64,000 nucleotides of DNA, taken from contig CAWGMQ010000008.1 in assembly GCA_963823665.1 (NCBI GenBank), positions 1,760,001 to 1,824,000 of the forward strand, read 5' to 3'. Under the pieces are notes generated by a model. The model saw nothing but the letters and a program-made list of their open reading frames with translations. It was not told the DNA's origin and made no database searches. The translations under genes were made by a program, and so were the position numbers. Shown in pieces: positions 46,071 to 57,726 of the stretch. This stretch comes from an uncultured Planctomycetota bacterium. GTDB taxonomy: Bacteria > Planctomycetota > Planctomycetia > Isosphaerales > Isosphaeraceae. The stretch's first letter is position 1, and the number at the start of each line of letters is the position of its first letter.

Positions 46071-46289
46071 GCGTTTTCTCCGCCATCGAGTCCATTCGAT
46101 ATCTCCGACGGGAGTTTACCACACGAATTGGGGGGCGGCGCGGACGATGGCGATTTGGGCTGGACTGGCGACGGGCGCGGATTTGAGTCCGCGCCGATCA
46201 CATGTGCGGATCGTATTGAAAGAGGGCTCTGAGAAGAATGGCGAGGATCTCGCGGTCGCGGATTCCGGGCCGACGTTCCGGGCTATGCC

Positions 46290-46399
46290 GCAAAGAGTGG
46301 CTCACGCAACGGCGCAACGGCGCAAAGAAGAAAAGGCCAGAGGCGATAGACAGACCGAGGGCGAGGGCACGGGACGGGGTTCGGGCTTGGACGGTGATG
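46290..46399. repeat. ~110 bp intergenic direct repeat C, copy 2
   Basis: Aligns with 43184-43293. Confidence 0.9.
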
Positions 46400-46436
46400 T
46401 TTGGTGGGTAACGCCTGGGGTGCACGACATTCGCTG

Positions 46437-46760
46437 TTTAGCGGGGAGCACGTCCACCGAGATTGGCCAGGTGGTGGACGCCCCGGTCGGCGGCGACTGT
46501 GCGCAGGCGGCGCTGCTGGCGGGGAAGAATTGGCCCAATAGGTGACCCTTCGTCAGTTTCTCGTGCCTCGTCGTCCAGCTTTCGGCGGTCGAGCTGATTC
46601 GTTCGAGGATCGGATTTGCGGTGGCGGGTGATGGGTGGCGGGTCGGCTGAGGGATTCCGGCGGCTTGGTGGATTTGGCGTCGCGGACGAGGCGGCCGGTG
46701 TGTTCGACCACGAGCAGATGGTTACCGGGCGAAAACCTTCGAGCGTTCCTTCACGGGATG
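46437..46760 (-). pseudogene. Degenerate C-terminal remnant of an IS200/RAYT-like transposase
   Basis: Fragments in shifting frames: LEGF, GNHLLVVEHTGR (compare YL.LVD.TGR), ILERI..W..KL..G.LLGQFF, GVHHLANLGG; recognised from memory of the family. Confidence 0.5.
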
Positions 46761-46940
46761 AATTTGGCTTGGTTTGGTCTTCGACTGGGCGGGGCTGGAT
46801 TGATTCGCGATGCTTGCGTTGCCGGGTTCTGAATTGATTTGAAATCAGGAGGTGACCGGCGTGGATTGGGGTGAGAAACGAGGTGAACCGCCGTTGCTGT
46901 GCGCTTTGGGGGTGGATAATTACCTACGTCCCCTTTTCGG

Positions 46941-46969
46941 TTGATATGGACCTGCGCGGATGGTAATTT
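46941..46969 (+). promoter_or_regulatory. Putative sigma70 promoter of the DISARM operon
   Basis: TTGATA-N17-TAATTT with TG before the -10, about 50 bp upstream of the drmD ATG, in AT-richer DNA. Confidence 0.45.
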
Positions 46970-47021
46970 AGGAGTCCACTGTCAAGTAATTGATCAAGCG
47001 ATGAACGGCGGGAGGGCAACG

Positions 47022-50000
47022 ATGACAGTCGCCCTGAGGTCACCACTCGAGATCGGGCAGCTCGTCGAGGTGCGATCGCGGCGCTGGGTGGTGAACGAGG
47101 TGGTGGCGAGTACGCTGCCGGCGCGTTCCCTCGAGGCCGCGCCGGGCCCGCCACAGCATCTCGTTTCGTTGCTTTCGCTCGAAGATGACGCCCTCGGGGA
47201 AGAGCTGCGGGTGATCTGGGAGATCGAGCCGGGTGCCACCGTAGTCGAGAAGGCGGCTCTGCCGCGGGCGACGGGTTTTGACCCACCCGAAAAGCTCGAC
47301 GCGTTTCTGGACGCCGTGCGCTGGGGGGCTGCTTCGACGGCAGACGTGCGGAACATCCAGTCGCCATTCCGGGCCGGCATCGACATCGAGGACTACCAGC
47401 TCGACCCCGTCTTCCGAGCGATCCAGATGCCGCGGGTGAACTTGCTGATCGCCGATGACGTCGGGCTGGGGAAGACCATCGAATCAGGGCTGGTCGCCCT
47501 CGAGCTGATCATTCGGCACAGAGCGCGGCGGGTGCTTGTCGTCTGCCCGGCATCGCTCCAGGTCCAGTGGCGCGACCAGATGCGAGACAAGTTCGGGCTG
47601 GATTTCCGGATCGTGGACAGCGAGCTGCTGCGAGATCTGCGGCGGCGGCGAGGCATTCATGTTAACCCATGGTCGCACTTTCCCCGGCTGATCACCTCGC
47701 TCGACTTCCTGAAGCGAGAGCGGCCGCTGCGGCTGTTTCGAGAAACTCTGCCCGCCGAGGGCGAATCGATTTATCCGCGGCGCTACGACCTGCTCATCGT
47801 GGATGAGGCGCACAACTGCGCGCCGGCCGGTCGCGGCAAGTATGCCACCGACTCGCTGCGCACGACCACCATCCGTACGCTGGCGCCTCACTTCGAGCAC
47901 AAGCTCTTCCTGACGGCAACGCCCGATAACGGGTATTCGGAGAGCTTCACCGCGCTGCTCGAGCTGCTGGACAACCAGCGATTTGCGCGGGGCATGGCCA
48001 CCGATAGCAAGGAGTTTCACCGCCAGAAGGATGCGGTGATGGTGCGCCGGCTCAAGTCTGAGCTGCCTAAGGATGACTATGGTCAGGACCGGTTTGCCAA
48101 GCGGGCTCTCGAGGCCCTGGAAGTCGACTACCCGGCCGAGGAACGACGGGTGCACGCGGCGCTGAAGCGCTACTCCGAGCTGCGGCAGGCCAACTGCGCC
48201 GACCATGCCGAAGAGTTCGCCACGGATTTCGTGCTGATGACGCTCAAGAAGCGGCTGTTCTCGAGCCCGGCGGCTTTCCTGCGGACGCTCGAACAGCACG
48301 AATCGTCGCTGAAGACCGCCAGGAAGCGCAAGGGCATCTCGAAACCCACTCGCGGAATTCTCCAGCGGCAGATCGATCGGGCGGAGGAGGATTACTCGGT
48401 CGATGACGAAGCTGAAGAGGCGACCTACGAGGCGATTGACTCGGCGGCGCTGCTCTTTCGGGAGCCGTCTGCCGAGGAGCTGGCGCTGCTGAAGGAGATG
48501 AAGTCGTGGGCCGGGCGTGCTATGGCCGGGCTCGATGCGAAGACCAAAGTGCTGACCGGGTGGCTGAATGAGCGTGTCCGGCCGGGGGGAAAGTGGTCGA
48601 ACGAGCGGGTGATCGTCTTCACGGAGTACAGGGCCACGCAGAATTGGCTGCACGGGGTGCTGGCTGCCGAGGGGCTTGCTGGGGGCGACCGGCTTTTGAC
48701 GATGTATGGCGGAATGGAGTCGAAGGATCGCGAGCGGGTGAAGGCGGCGTTTCAGACGGACCCGAAGCAGAGCCCCGTTCGGATCCTGCTGGCGACGGAC
48801 GCGGCTTCGGAGGGCATCGATCTACAAAACCACTGTTCGCGGATGGTTCATTTCGAGATCCCGTGGAACCCGAACCGATTGGAGCAACGCAACGGGCGCA
48901 TTGACCGGCATGGGCAGAAGGCAAAGACCGTGCAGATCGCGCACTTCGTGGGCAAGGGCTACAACGATCGTGAGCGGCGGCTGGTTGAAACGGCGGTCGG
49001 TGATCTCGAGGCCGATCTCGAGTTCTTGATGCGGGCGGTGAGGAAGGTCGAGGCGATTCGGGAAGACCTCGGCAAAGTCGGCCCCGTGATTGCAGACCAG
49101 GTGCAGGACGCGATGCTGGGGCGGCGGTCGAAGCTGGACACGAAGCGGGCGGAGGCGGAGTCTGAGCCGGTACGGAAGCTGTTCAAGTTCGAGCGGGATC
49201 TGGCGAAGCAGATCAAGGCGCTCAAGGATAAGCTTCAGGAGACCAGGCAGGAGCTGCGGCTCGATCCCGAGAATGTGCAGAAGGTCGTCGAGATCGCCCT
49301 GGAGCTTGCTGGTCAGCCGCCGCTCGAGGAAGCGAAGGTCGCGGGCCTGTGGCCTGATTCGAGCCTGAAGGCTTGCCCAGTCTTTCGGCTACCGGCTCTT
49401 TCCGGGAGCTGGGGGCAGTGTGCGGAGGGGCTTGCGCATCCGTTCACGGGGGAGCCACGGCCGTTCGTGTTCGCGCAGGATCTGGCGAAGGGCGCGAGGA
49501 TGTCGTGCTGGTGCATTTGAATCACCGGCTGGTGCAGATGAGCTTGCGGCTGTTGCGGGCGGAGATCTGGTCGCTGGCGGGTCAGAAGAAGCGGCTGAAT
49601 CGAGTGACGGCGCGGGTGGTGCCTGACTCGGCGCTCCAGCACATCGCGGCGGTCGCGCATGCGCGGCTGGTGGTGATCGGCGGCGACAGCCAGCGGCTGC
49701 ATGAGGAGATCATCACGGCGGGGGGCGAGTTTCGCGAGGGGCGGTTTTATCGCTTCGGTGCGCTCAAGGAGACGCCAGCGGCACTGGCCGCAGCCGCGGA
49801 CCAGGAGCCATCCGATGGTGTGAAGCAGAAGCTTCTTGATCTCTTGGTCAGGAATACCGAGCCGCTGCATCAGGCGCTGGAAGCCCGCGCGAGGGACCGG
49901 AGTGAGGGGCTGACCAAGATGCTGACGGAGCGGGCGGAGAAAGAGACATCGGATATCACGGCGATTCTGACCGAGCTGGAGCGAGCGATTCGGGATCAAC

Positions 50001-50230
50001 TGGACGATCCGGACTACAGGCAAGGGTTCTTGCCGGGGCTGGCGCCGGTCGAGCAGGAGCAATTTGAGCGGAATGTTGACGCGTTGCGCCGGCGGGTGGG
50101 GGAAATTCCGGGTGAGATTGAAAAGGAAACGGAGGCGATTCGGAAGCGGTTTGCTAACCCGCAGCCTCGGATGTTTCCTGTTGCGGTGACGTTCCTGGTG
50201 CCGGCACGGCTGGCCAGGGGGGGGCGGTGA
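47022..50230 (+). CDS. drmD: DISARM SNF2-like helicase DrmD; frameshift near 49490
   Basis: GQLVEVRSRRWVV, WGAASTAD..QSPFRAGIDIEDYQL, LIADDVGLGKTIE, IVDEAHN, LTATP, ATDAASEGIDLQ, EQRNGRIDRHGQ; followed by MTase and DrmA. Confidence 0.92.
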
Positions 50231-50589
50231 TGGGGCCGCGGAAACGGATCGGGGACGATTCCCTGGTCGTCCGCTGTGGTCAGCCTCCCTTCGATCTTCC
50301 GATTCCGCTTTGCAGGCGCTGTGTGCAGCATGAAGGCGTTTTTGGTTACTCCGTTCAGTGTGACGATGTGGTTCCGTGGGAAAAGCTCGCCGGTTGGTGC
50401 CCGAATCAGAAGGTCGGTGTCACGACTGTCGGAGAAATCCGGGCTTTAGGGTACGATGTCATAGTCACCAGTGGTCGGGGGTGCCATGCGACTGTTGTCG
50501 TCCCGGTTGGCTGGGACCACGACACGTCGCAGGACTTGATCTTGCTGTTTCGTGAAGAAAGCAATCCCACGCCGAGGCGGCGACGATGA
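50227..50589 (+). CDS. Small toxin-like hypothetical protein (possible ADP-ribosyltransferase-like fold)
   Basis: Start overlaps drmD stop (GTGA); LVVRCG..GYSVQ..VGVTTVGEIRALGYDVIVTSGRGCHAT. Confidence 0.55.
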   Translation: MMGPRKRIGDDSLVVRCGQPPFDLPIPLCRRCVQHEGVFGYSVQCDDVVPWEKLAGWCPNQKVGVTTVGEIRALGYDVIVTSGRGCHATVVVPVGWDHDTSQDLILLFREESNPTPRRRR

Positions 50590-51509
50590 AGACGATATTT
50601 GCCGACTATAACGCGGCGACCGAGGACGGCCACCTGTGGTTAACTTTCGAGGCGTCCCAGCAAGCCATCCGGGATGCGAAGCTCCATCCTGGAGATTGGG
50701 CGTGGTTGAGCGACGGTGAAGTTTTGGTCGGCGCTCAGTTGAGGATGGACGAGAAGTATGGGCTGGTCGGCGTTCCTGACTGGGATACGTTGGTGCCTCT
50801 CGACGAAGACGACACCCGCGATTACTTGAAGCACCTATCCGAGATTCAAAGACTTCTCGGTAAGAGCGGCGAACCCCTTCCGGATCCGAAGCGTGCGTTT
50901 GAGTTGTCGACGATCTTGGAAATCGTTGCACCGGCGGATGTCAAAGCGGCTTTCCCACCTGGGTTTTTCTCAGCCCGGCGCGCCGAGGCGCTGGCGATTC
51001 TTGGGAAGCTCGAACTGGCGCTCGTGGAGATCGAAGAGGCTCGCCGCCTGAATCCGGATAACGCGGATGACACTTGGACTTTCCTCGAGATTCTGCGTCG
51101 CCATGATCTTCCGCGAGCCAGGCGCGAGGCGGAAGCGCTGGCCCCGAGGGTGGACGTCCCTGCCAGCATTTTGGCGCAGTGCGTGAACGTGCTGGCGACC
51201 TGCGCGGACAATTTGACCGACGACCAGTTCGAACCAGTTGCCGAGAAGATCCTCGATTGGGCCGGTCGGTTTGAACGAGCGCCGGGCCGAGGGCGGGTGC
51301 GTGCGGGGGTGTTCGCTTTGTTCCAGTTTAACCTAGGAGTCGTTCTGCTGCGGCTCGGTCGTGGTGAGGCGGCGCGTGAAGCACTCAAGCTCGCGCGTGA
51401 TGTGGATCCCATTATCCCTGAGATCGAAGAGGCGGCACGATTGACGGTTTACGACGAGCGCGGCCGCGAGCTCGCCGTCCGGGTCCGTGGCAGGCCGATG
51501 GCGGCGTGA
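50586..51509 (+). CDS. Small N-terminal beta domain (putative antitoxin) fused to TPR repeats
   Basis: ATGA overlap with the upstream gene; MKTIFADYN..GHLWL..VPDWDT, then AEALAILGKLELALVEIEEARRLNP and FNLGVVLLRLGRGEAAREALKLARDVDP. Confidence 0.65.
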   Translation: MKTIFADYNAATEDGHLWLTFEASQQAIRDAKLHPGDWAWLSDGEVLVGAQLRMDEKYGLVGVPDWDTLVPLDEDDTRDYLKHLSEIQRLLGKSGEPLPDPKRAFELSTILEIVAPADVKAAFPPGFFSARRAEALAILGKLELALVEIEEARRLNPDNADDTWTFLEILRRHDLPRARREAEALAPRVDVPASILAQCVNVLATCADNLTDDQFEPVAEKILDWAGRFERAPGRGRVRAGVFALFQFNLGVVLLRLGRGEAAREALKLARDVDPIIPEIEEAARLTVYDERGRELAVRVRGRPMAA

Positions 51510-51575
51510 GCAGTCCTCGTGCTATCGCGCCGCAGCGACGAGGGGCTGGGGAACTTCGGGCGGAGAATACACAAC

Positions 51576-52220
51576 GTGGGCATTGGCATCACCGGGATGA
51601 GCAAGGCGAAGCGTGTCGCGTGTTCGGGCGAGTACGTTGAGGGCGAGTACGACGTCTGCCTTGAGAAGCATTTCACAATCGATCCACTTTCGCGGCGGCG
51701 AGGTGAGGTGAAGCCGGGCTGTTACAAGGTCGATCGAGGCGGTCGAACCTTCGACCTTGAGTTCGGTTACGCTGCGTATGATGGGTGGATCAGGCGACTC
51801 AGCTTGTTGGCTCTGGGTGTCGAGCCCGAAGAGGTCTGGCAGCACCGCCGCAGGTTCCGTGGCGAACCGTTCGTAGAGCTGATCAGTTTTCCGGATGCCG
51901 GCGGCGGTGCGATCGGACCGGTTGCTTCGGCCAATTTGTACTGCGATTTCGTGGCTTTCGCGCATCGGGCCAAGAGATATTATGCGATGTGCACGCCCGA
52001 CGAGTTCAAACCGCCTCTAGCCAGCAAACCATCTGCGAAGGAAAAGCCGCACCGAAATCGGATGGGGTTGTCGGACGTGATCGGGGTGACCGAAGCGCTC
52101 GGTGGGGGCGAATTTGTCTGGAGTGAAGGGGAAGACCTCGACTGGATGTGGCAGAGCTATCGGGACTTCCGGCAGGCATTCCGGCTGGCGAAGAATGACG
52201 GCCTCGTGGTTTTCTATTGA
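51576..52220 (+). CDS. Hypothetical protein resembling a phage-associated family
   Basis: GTG start after GGAGA; GYAAYDGWIRRL..PFVELISFPD..IGPVASANL..DF..YRDFRQAFRLA..GLVVFY. Confidence 0.6.
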   Translation: MGIGITGMSKAKRVACSGEYVEGEYDVCLEKHFTIDPLSRRRGEVKPGCYKVDRGGRTFDLEFGYAAYDGWIRRLSLLALGVEPEEVWQHRRRFRGEPFVELISFPDAGGGAIGPVASANLYCDFVAFAHRAKRYYAMCTPDEFKPPLASKPSAKEKPHRNRMGLSDVIGVTEALGGGEFVWSEGEDLDWMWQSYRDFRQAFRLAKNDGLVVFY

Positions 52221-52244
52221 GAGACTTTGTGAGAATCGCGACTG

Positions 52245-55200
52245 ATGCCCGCATCCCGCCACCACAATGAATGGCTTTCCCTGATCGATGTCTCGGGGCC
52301 GTTTCTTTCGGTTCCGGTGCTGACCCAGGTGTTTCCGCAGGGGTTGGATGCTCATGATGCGGAGCATGCTCGGCTGCTGAAGCTTGCGTTTGAAGAGTGG
52401 GAGGATAATCAGCAGGGCGAGCGGGCTAATGCGGCGATTCACCGGGAGTGGATCAGCTTCGTTCTGAGGCAAACTCTCGGCCTGCCGGATGAGGTGATTG
52501 CCGAGGGGCAGGCGATTCCGCAGACCCTGCGGGTCACGATTGCCGAGCACGGGGAGACTCTTAGGCCAGACCTTGTTGTTCGGAATCCGGAGGGTGGGGA
52601 AGGTGCGGGGACGGCTCGGCTGCTGGTGCAGGTTTATCCGGCCACGCAGGAACTTGAGAAACCTGTGCATGGCCGGCATTGGAAGGCTTCGCCGGCGACT
52701 CGGATGATGGAGTTGCTGCACGCGACGGACGTGCGTATCGGGGTCGTTACGAATGGTCAGGACTGGATGCTTGTTGATGCTCCGAAGGGGGAGACGACTG
52801 GGTTTGCTACGTGGGATGCCCAGTTCTGGGGCGAGGAGCCGGTGACGCTCAGGGCGTTTCGCAGCTTGCTGGGGGTCCAGCGGTTTTTTGGAGTGGCTGA
52901 GGGCGAGATGCTCGAGGCAATGCTCAACGATAGCGCCTCGAACCAGCAGGAAGTCACTGATCGGTTGGGGTATCAGGTTCGGGAGGCGGTTCAGGAAATC
53001 GTCCGCGCGCTGGATCGGGTTGATCAGGATGCCCATGGGGAGGTCCTGGCGGGCATTCCGGAGAGCGAGATCTACGAGGCGGCGCTGACGGTGATGATGC
53101 GGCTGGTGTTTCTGTTTTCGGCGGAGGAGCGGGGGCTGCTGCTCCTGGGCGATCCGCTTTATGACGAGCACTATGCCGTCTCGACCTTGGTGGCGAGATT
53201 GCAAGAAGATGCTGATCAGCACGGAGAGGAGGTGCTCGAGCGGCGGCATGATGCTTGGGTGCGGCTGCTCGCGACTTTTCGGGCTGTTTATGGCGGGGTT
53301 GTGCATGAACGGCTCAAGCTGCTGCCGTATGCGGGGAAGCTGTTTGATCCGGATCGGTTTGCATTTCTGGAGGGTCGCAGATCGGGCACGTCGTGGCAAG
53401 ATCCGCTTCAGCAACTGATTGCTCCGCTAGCAATTGATAGCCGGACTGTGCTTCACTTGCTTCGGTCGCTTCAGTATCTGACGCTGCACGGCGAGGCGCG
53501 TCGGCTGAGCTTTCGGGCGCTTGATATCGAGCAGATCGGGCATGTCTATGAGGGGCTGCTTGATCACACCGCCAAGCGGGCGACGGAGCCGATGCTGAGC
53601 TTGACGGCTTCGAAGGGGATGAGCCGGAGGTGGCGCTCGCGGAACTGGAGCGGCTGGCGATCAAGGGTGAGGCTGAGCTGATCAAGTTCCTGCGTGACGA
53701 GACGGGGCGATCGGAGAAGTCGCTCAAGAGGGCGCTGGATTCGCCCGTTGGCGGGGACGCGGCACGGAAGCTCAGGGCGGCCTGTGGCAATGACGAAGCA
53801 CTGTTCAGTAGCGTTTTGCCGTTTTCGGGATTGGTGCGTTATGACACGTGCGACCGGCTCGCGGTGATTCGCAAGGGCTCCGTGTTCGTGACGGCGGGAA
53901 CGGACAGGCGGTCGAGCGGGACGCACTATACGCCGCGGAGCTTGACCGAGCCGATTGTGCAGTACACGCTGGAGCCGCTCGTTTACTTTGGGCCTGCCGA
54001 GGGGAAGTCGAAGGAGGAATGGAAGCTCCGGACTGCGAAGGAACTGCTCGATCTCAAAGTGTGTGACATGGCGTGCGGGTCAGGGGCATTTCTTGTGCAG
54101 GCGTGCCGGTATCTGTCAGAGCGGTTGGTTGAGGCGTGGGAGGAGGCGGAGAGCGGACACTTGGGCGTGCCGAGCGTCGTGTCTGAGGGAGCGGCATCTG
54201 CTGGGGTTGTGAGCGAGCAACTGATCCCAAGGGACAGCGACGAGCGGCTGGCTTACGCGCGGCGCAGTGTGGCGCAGCGGTGCCTGTATGGTGTCGACAA
54301 GAATCCGCTCGCCGCCGAGATGGCCAAGCTATCGCTCTGGCTGTTGACCTTGGCCAAGAACAAGCCATTTACGTTTCTCGATCATGCGATCCGGTGCGGC
54401 GATTCTCTGGTTGGTATCCGGGACATCCGGCAGGTTCAATACTTCCAGTTGGATCTGGATCAGGCCGACCGGAGCCTCTTCGCGGGTCCCGTCATGAGCC
54501 TCGTGGAAGAGGCTGCCTCAGTCCGGAAGGAGCTCGAGTCTCTGCCTGCGAACACAGTCGAGGATGTGCGGGAGATGCAGAGGCTATTGGCGGACGCTGA
54601 AGATAAAACGGCCCGACTCTGCCACGCGGCGGATCTGCTCATCTCGGTCGAATTCCAGCCCGTCTCCTCGGCTGGTGAAAAGGACGACCTTCACAACAGC
54701 GTGGCGATTCAGGCGGGACATTATGTCCAGAGCGCGGCTCTGAAAGACTTTCGCGTAGCTGCGGAGCAGGCCTTGGGCGGGCAGGCGACCTTTCACTGGC
54801 CGCTGGCATTCCCTGAAGTAGTGGTCGAACGAGGTGGATTCGATGCGTTCGTTTGCAATCCGCCGTTTCTTGGTGGCAAGCGAATAAGCACGATGCACGG
54901 CGCGAAATACGAACGTTTTCTTAAGTCGGTAATTACTAGAAAAAAAGGCGCAGCAGACCTTTGCGCGTACTTCTTCATTCGGGTTTTTTCACTTCTTCGC
55001 AACGAGGGCAATTTTGGGCTTCTGGCAACGAACACAATTGCTCAGACGGACACCAGGGAGATCGGCCTTCTGACTGTCGAAGCTGAAGGAGCAATAACTA
55101 AAGCAGTTCCGTCAATGGCTTGGCCCGGAGCAGCGAATGTTATTGTCGCCCTCGTCCACGCCCATAAAGGCGCATGGCACGGCCCATTCATACTTAACGA

Positions 55201-56887
55201 CTCGGTTGTCTGTGCAATCAACTCCTACTTGTCGAGCGGAGATACGCTTAAGGAGCCCTACCGTCTTGCTCTAAACAAGCATTCATGTTTTGGAACTAAA
55301 GGGACGTACGTTCATGGAAAGGGATTTGTCATTTCGGCCGAAGAGGCAAGGGATTTCATTCAGCAAGACAACAACAATGCAGCGATACTGATGCCTTATT
55401 TGGTTGCTCAGGACTTTACCACTGATCCAGAACAAAGACCAAGCCGATTCGTGATTAACTTCGGTGACATGAATCGCCAAGAGGCAATGAACTATCGCTC
55501 TCTGTGGGATCACTTAGTTTGCACCGTTCAACCCATACGCGATGCTTTGAAAGGTCAAATTCACGAGAAGTGCTTTTGGAAGTTTTGGGATCGAAGAGAC
55601 GACTTGTACGACCGAGCAAGTCAGCTCGGTCACGTCTTGGTCTGCCCTGAGGTGAGCAAGTACAGCGCCTTTGCCCTCGTCATCAACAAGTATGTGTTTT
55701 CCAGCATGGTTAATGTAGTAGCTTCCGACAGCACAGGCCTGTTTGCCTGTGTCCAATCCTCTGTGCATGGCACATGGGCATGGCATCATGGCTCAACAAT
55801 GAAAACCGATCTACGTTATACGACAAGTGATTGTCTTGACACGTTTCCGTTTCCTGAAAATTGGTCACTTGTTGATGATATCGGCGAACGCTATCATTTC
55901 TCCCGTCATGGGATCATGGTTTCGCACTGTCAGGGCTTGACGAGAACATACAATCGTTTCCACGACGAAAGTGAGTCTAACGCCGATATTCGGAAACTGC
56001 GTCGACTCCACGTCGAGATGGATACCGCCGTCGCCGCTACCTACGGGTGGACCGACCTAAATTTTGACCACGGCTTCCACGAGACCAAGCAGGGCAACCG
56101 ATTCACGATCAGCGAATCGGCTCGACGGGAAGTGCTCGCGCGGCTGTTGACGCTCAACCACGAACGCTATGCGAAGGAAGTGAAACAAGGCCTCCACGAT
56201 AAGAAGACTAAGGCCAAACCTGCATCGAGCGGCCGGGGTCGAATATCCAAGGCGTCTCCCAGCGCACCGAGCCTCAACTTTGGCGACGATGAAGACGAGC
56301 CCGACCGGGCGGCGGCCACGGACGATGAGGGTGCCGACACTGCCTCGCACGCCGAAGACGCCGCGTCGAGAGCGGCGCGAGCCGACTGCCAGATTGCGCC
56401 GGCTCCCGCGGCGGATGACCCTCCCCGCCCGGTGCCGATTGATCAGATCGAGACGGACGCCGTCATGGCTGCGTTTCGGCAGGCTGCGCGGGGCCGGGGT
56501 CGGATGGAGCGCGATGAGCTTTTGAAGGAGGTTTCGCTGATTTTGGGATACCAGCGGCTTGGGCCCAGGATTGTTGAGTCGCTGCGCGGGCATCTGCGGG
56601 CGGCGATTCGGCGCGGGATCATTGAGGCTGAGGGGCCGTCGCTTGTTCGTGCTGGGACGGGGACGATGTCGGATTATGGGCTTGAAGCCTTGCGCGAGAC
56701 GTTTCGGTCGGTCATGAGACAGGGCACGAACTACGATCGCGAAGATTTGATCCATTCCCTTGCTCATCACCTGGGGTTTGTTCGGGTTACTGACACGATT
56801 CGGGAGCCGATCAAGTCGGCGATTAATAGTGCGATTCGGCAGGGGTTGCTGGGGTGTGAGGGTACTGCGATCTGGAGGATAAGCTGA
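52245..56887 (+). CDS. drmMI: DISARM adenine methyltransferase DrmMI (type IIG/Eco57I-like) with TRD and C-terminal extension; frameshift near 53618
   Basis: VVTNGQDW, LDIEQIGHVYEGLL, RRSSGTHYTP, VCDMACGSGAFL, YGVDKN, FHWPLAFPEV..GFDAFVCNPPF. Confidence 0.9.
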
Positions 56888-56962
56888 GAATAGATTCAGG
56901 TTCAGGACGGCGAACAGTTTCAGGCGCGGTTTTGAGCGGAGCCCATCCCAGAGGATTTCAGA

Positions 56963-57550
56963 ATGCGGTACTTGAGCGAACTCTATCGGCTCATCACCAA
57001 GCGACATACAGACATTGTTGTCTTAATAGATGAGGCACACCGCGGATGGAAGCAAGGTGCCGATGAGAGGTTGCTGAATATCGTCGAGGGGTATCGCAAG
57101 GAGGACATCGAAATATCGCCGTCATACTTGGAGCAACTCAACATCGAATCGTCGCTCTTGCAAGAAACGGAGCGAGTAATGTTCGCTGGCCTTGCGGTCG
57201 CGATTGCCTCTGTAACAGAGAACATTGTTGGTGGAATGTGTAAGCACCTCAACCTGCCTCTGGTTAAGAGCGACGGCACTCGAATCGAACGACCAAACTT
57301 CGGTAACAAGCAGACTGCAATTGAGAAACACCTCGGCATCAAGTTCTGCCGTTTGACGGGATTTGACGGGAATCGCCTGGCTCGGCTTCTGGCCAATTGC
57401 TACAAGCATTCCGAGGGCAGGGTCAATCAAGAACTCGCAAAGGCGTTCAGAAGGACGAAGGGCGAGGTTATCGCATACGAGAAGGAGAATTGGGGGCACA
57501 TGATTAGCGAGACTAAATTGTTCCTCGACGGGCTGGGTGCGAGGCTCTAG
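56963..57550 (+). CDS. Lower-GC hypothetical protein, HEPN-like
   Basis: Helical; AIASVTENIV, then RLLANCYKHSEG resembling the HEPN R/N-x-H motif. Confidence 0.55.
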   Translation: MRYLSELYRLITKRHTDIVVLIDEAHRGWKQGADERLLNIVEGYRKEDIEISPSYLEQLNIESSLLQETERVMFAGLAVAIASVTENIVGGMCKHLNLPLVKSDGTRIERPNFGNKQTAIEKHLGIKFCRLTGFDGNRLARLLANCYKHSEGRVNQELAKAFRRTKGEVIAYEKENWGHMISETKLFLDGLGARL

Positions 57551-57726
57551 TACGGCCTATGCCACGTGCCGACCGAGCCGGACGTTCCAGAAACGACGTG
57601 CCGTTGTTGCCGCAAACGGCCCCGTCGGTCTTGGACAGCGCTTACGGTCATCTGGCCGACTGCACTAGCTGCGCGGCCGCCGGCGCGAGTTGAGTCCGGC
57701 GGCTACGAGCTCTGCGAGGTGATGAA

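Noticed and set aside
47022..56887. Helicase + methyltransferase as BREX or a standalone type IIG/III RM system
   Set aside because: No PglZ/BrxC, and the DrmD and DrmA signature motifs and gene order fit class 1 DISARM
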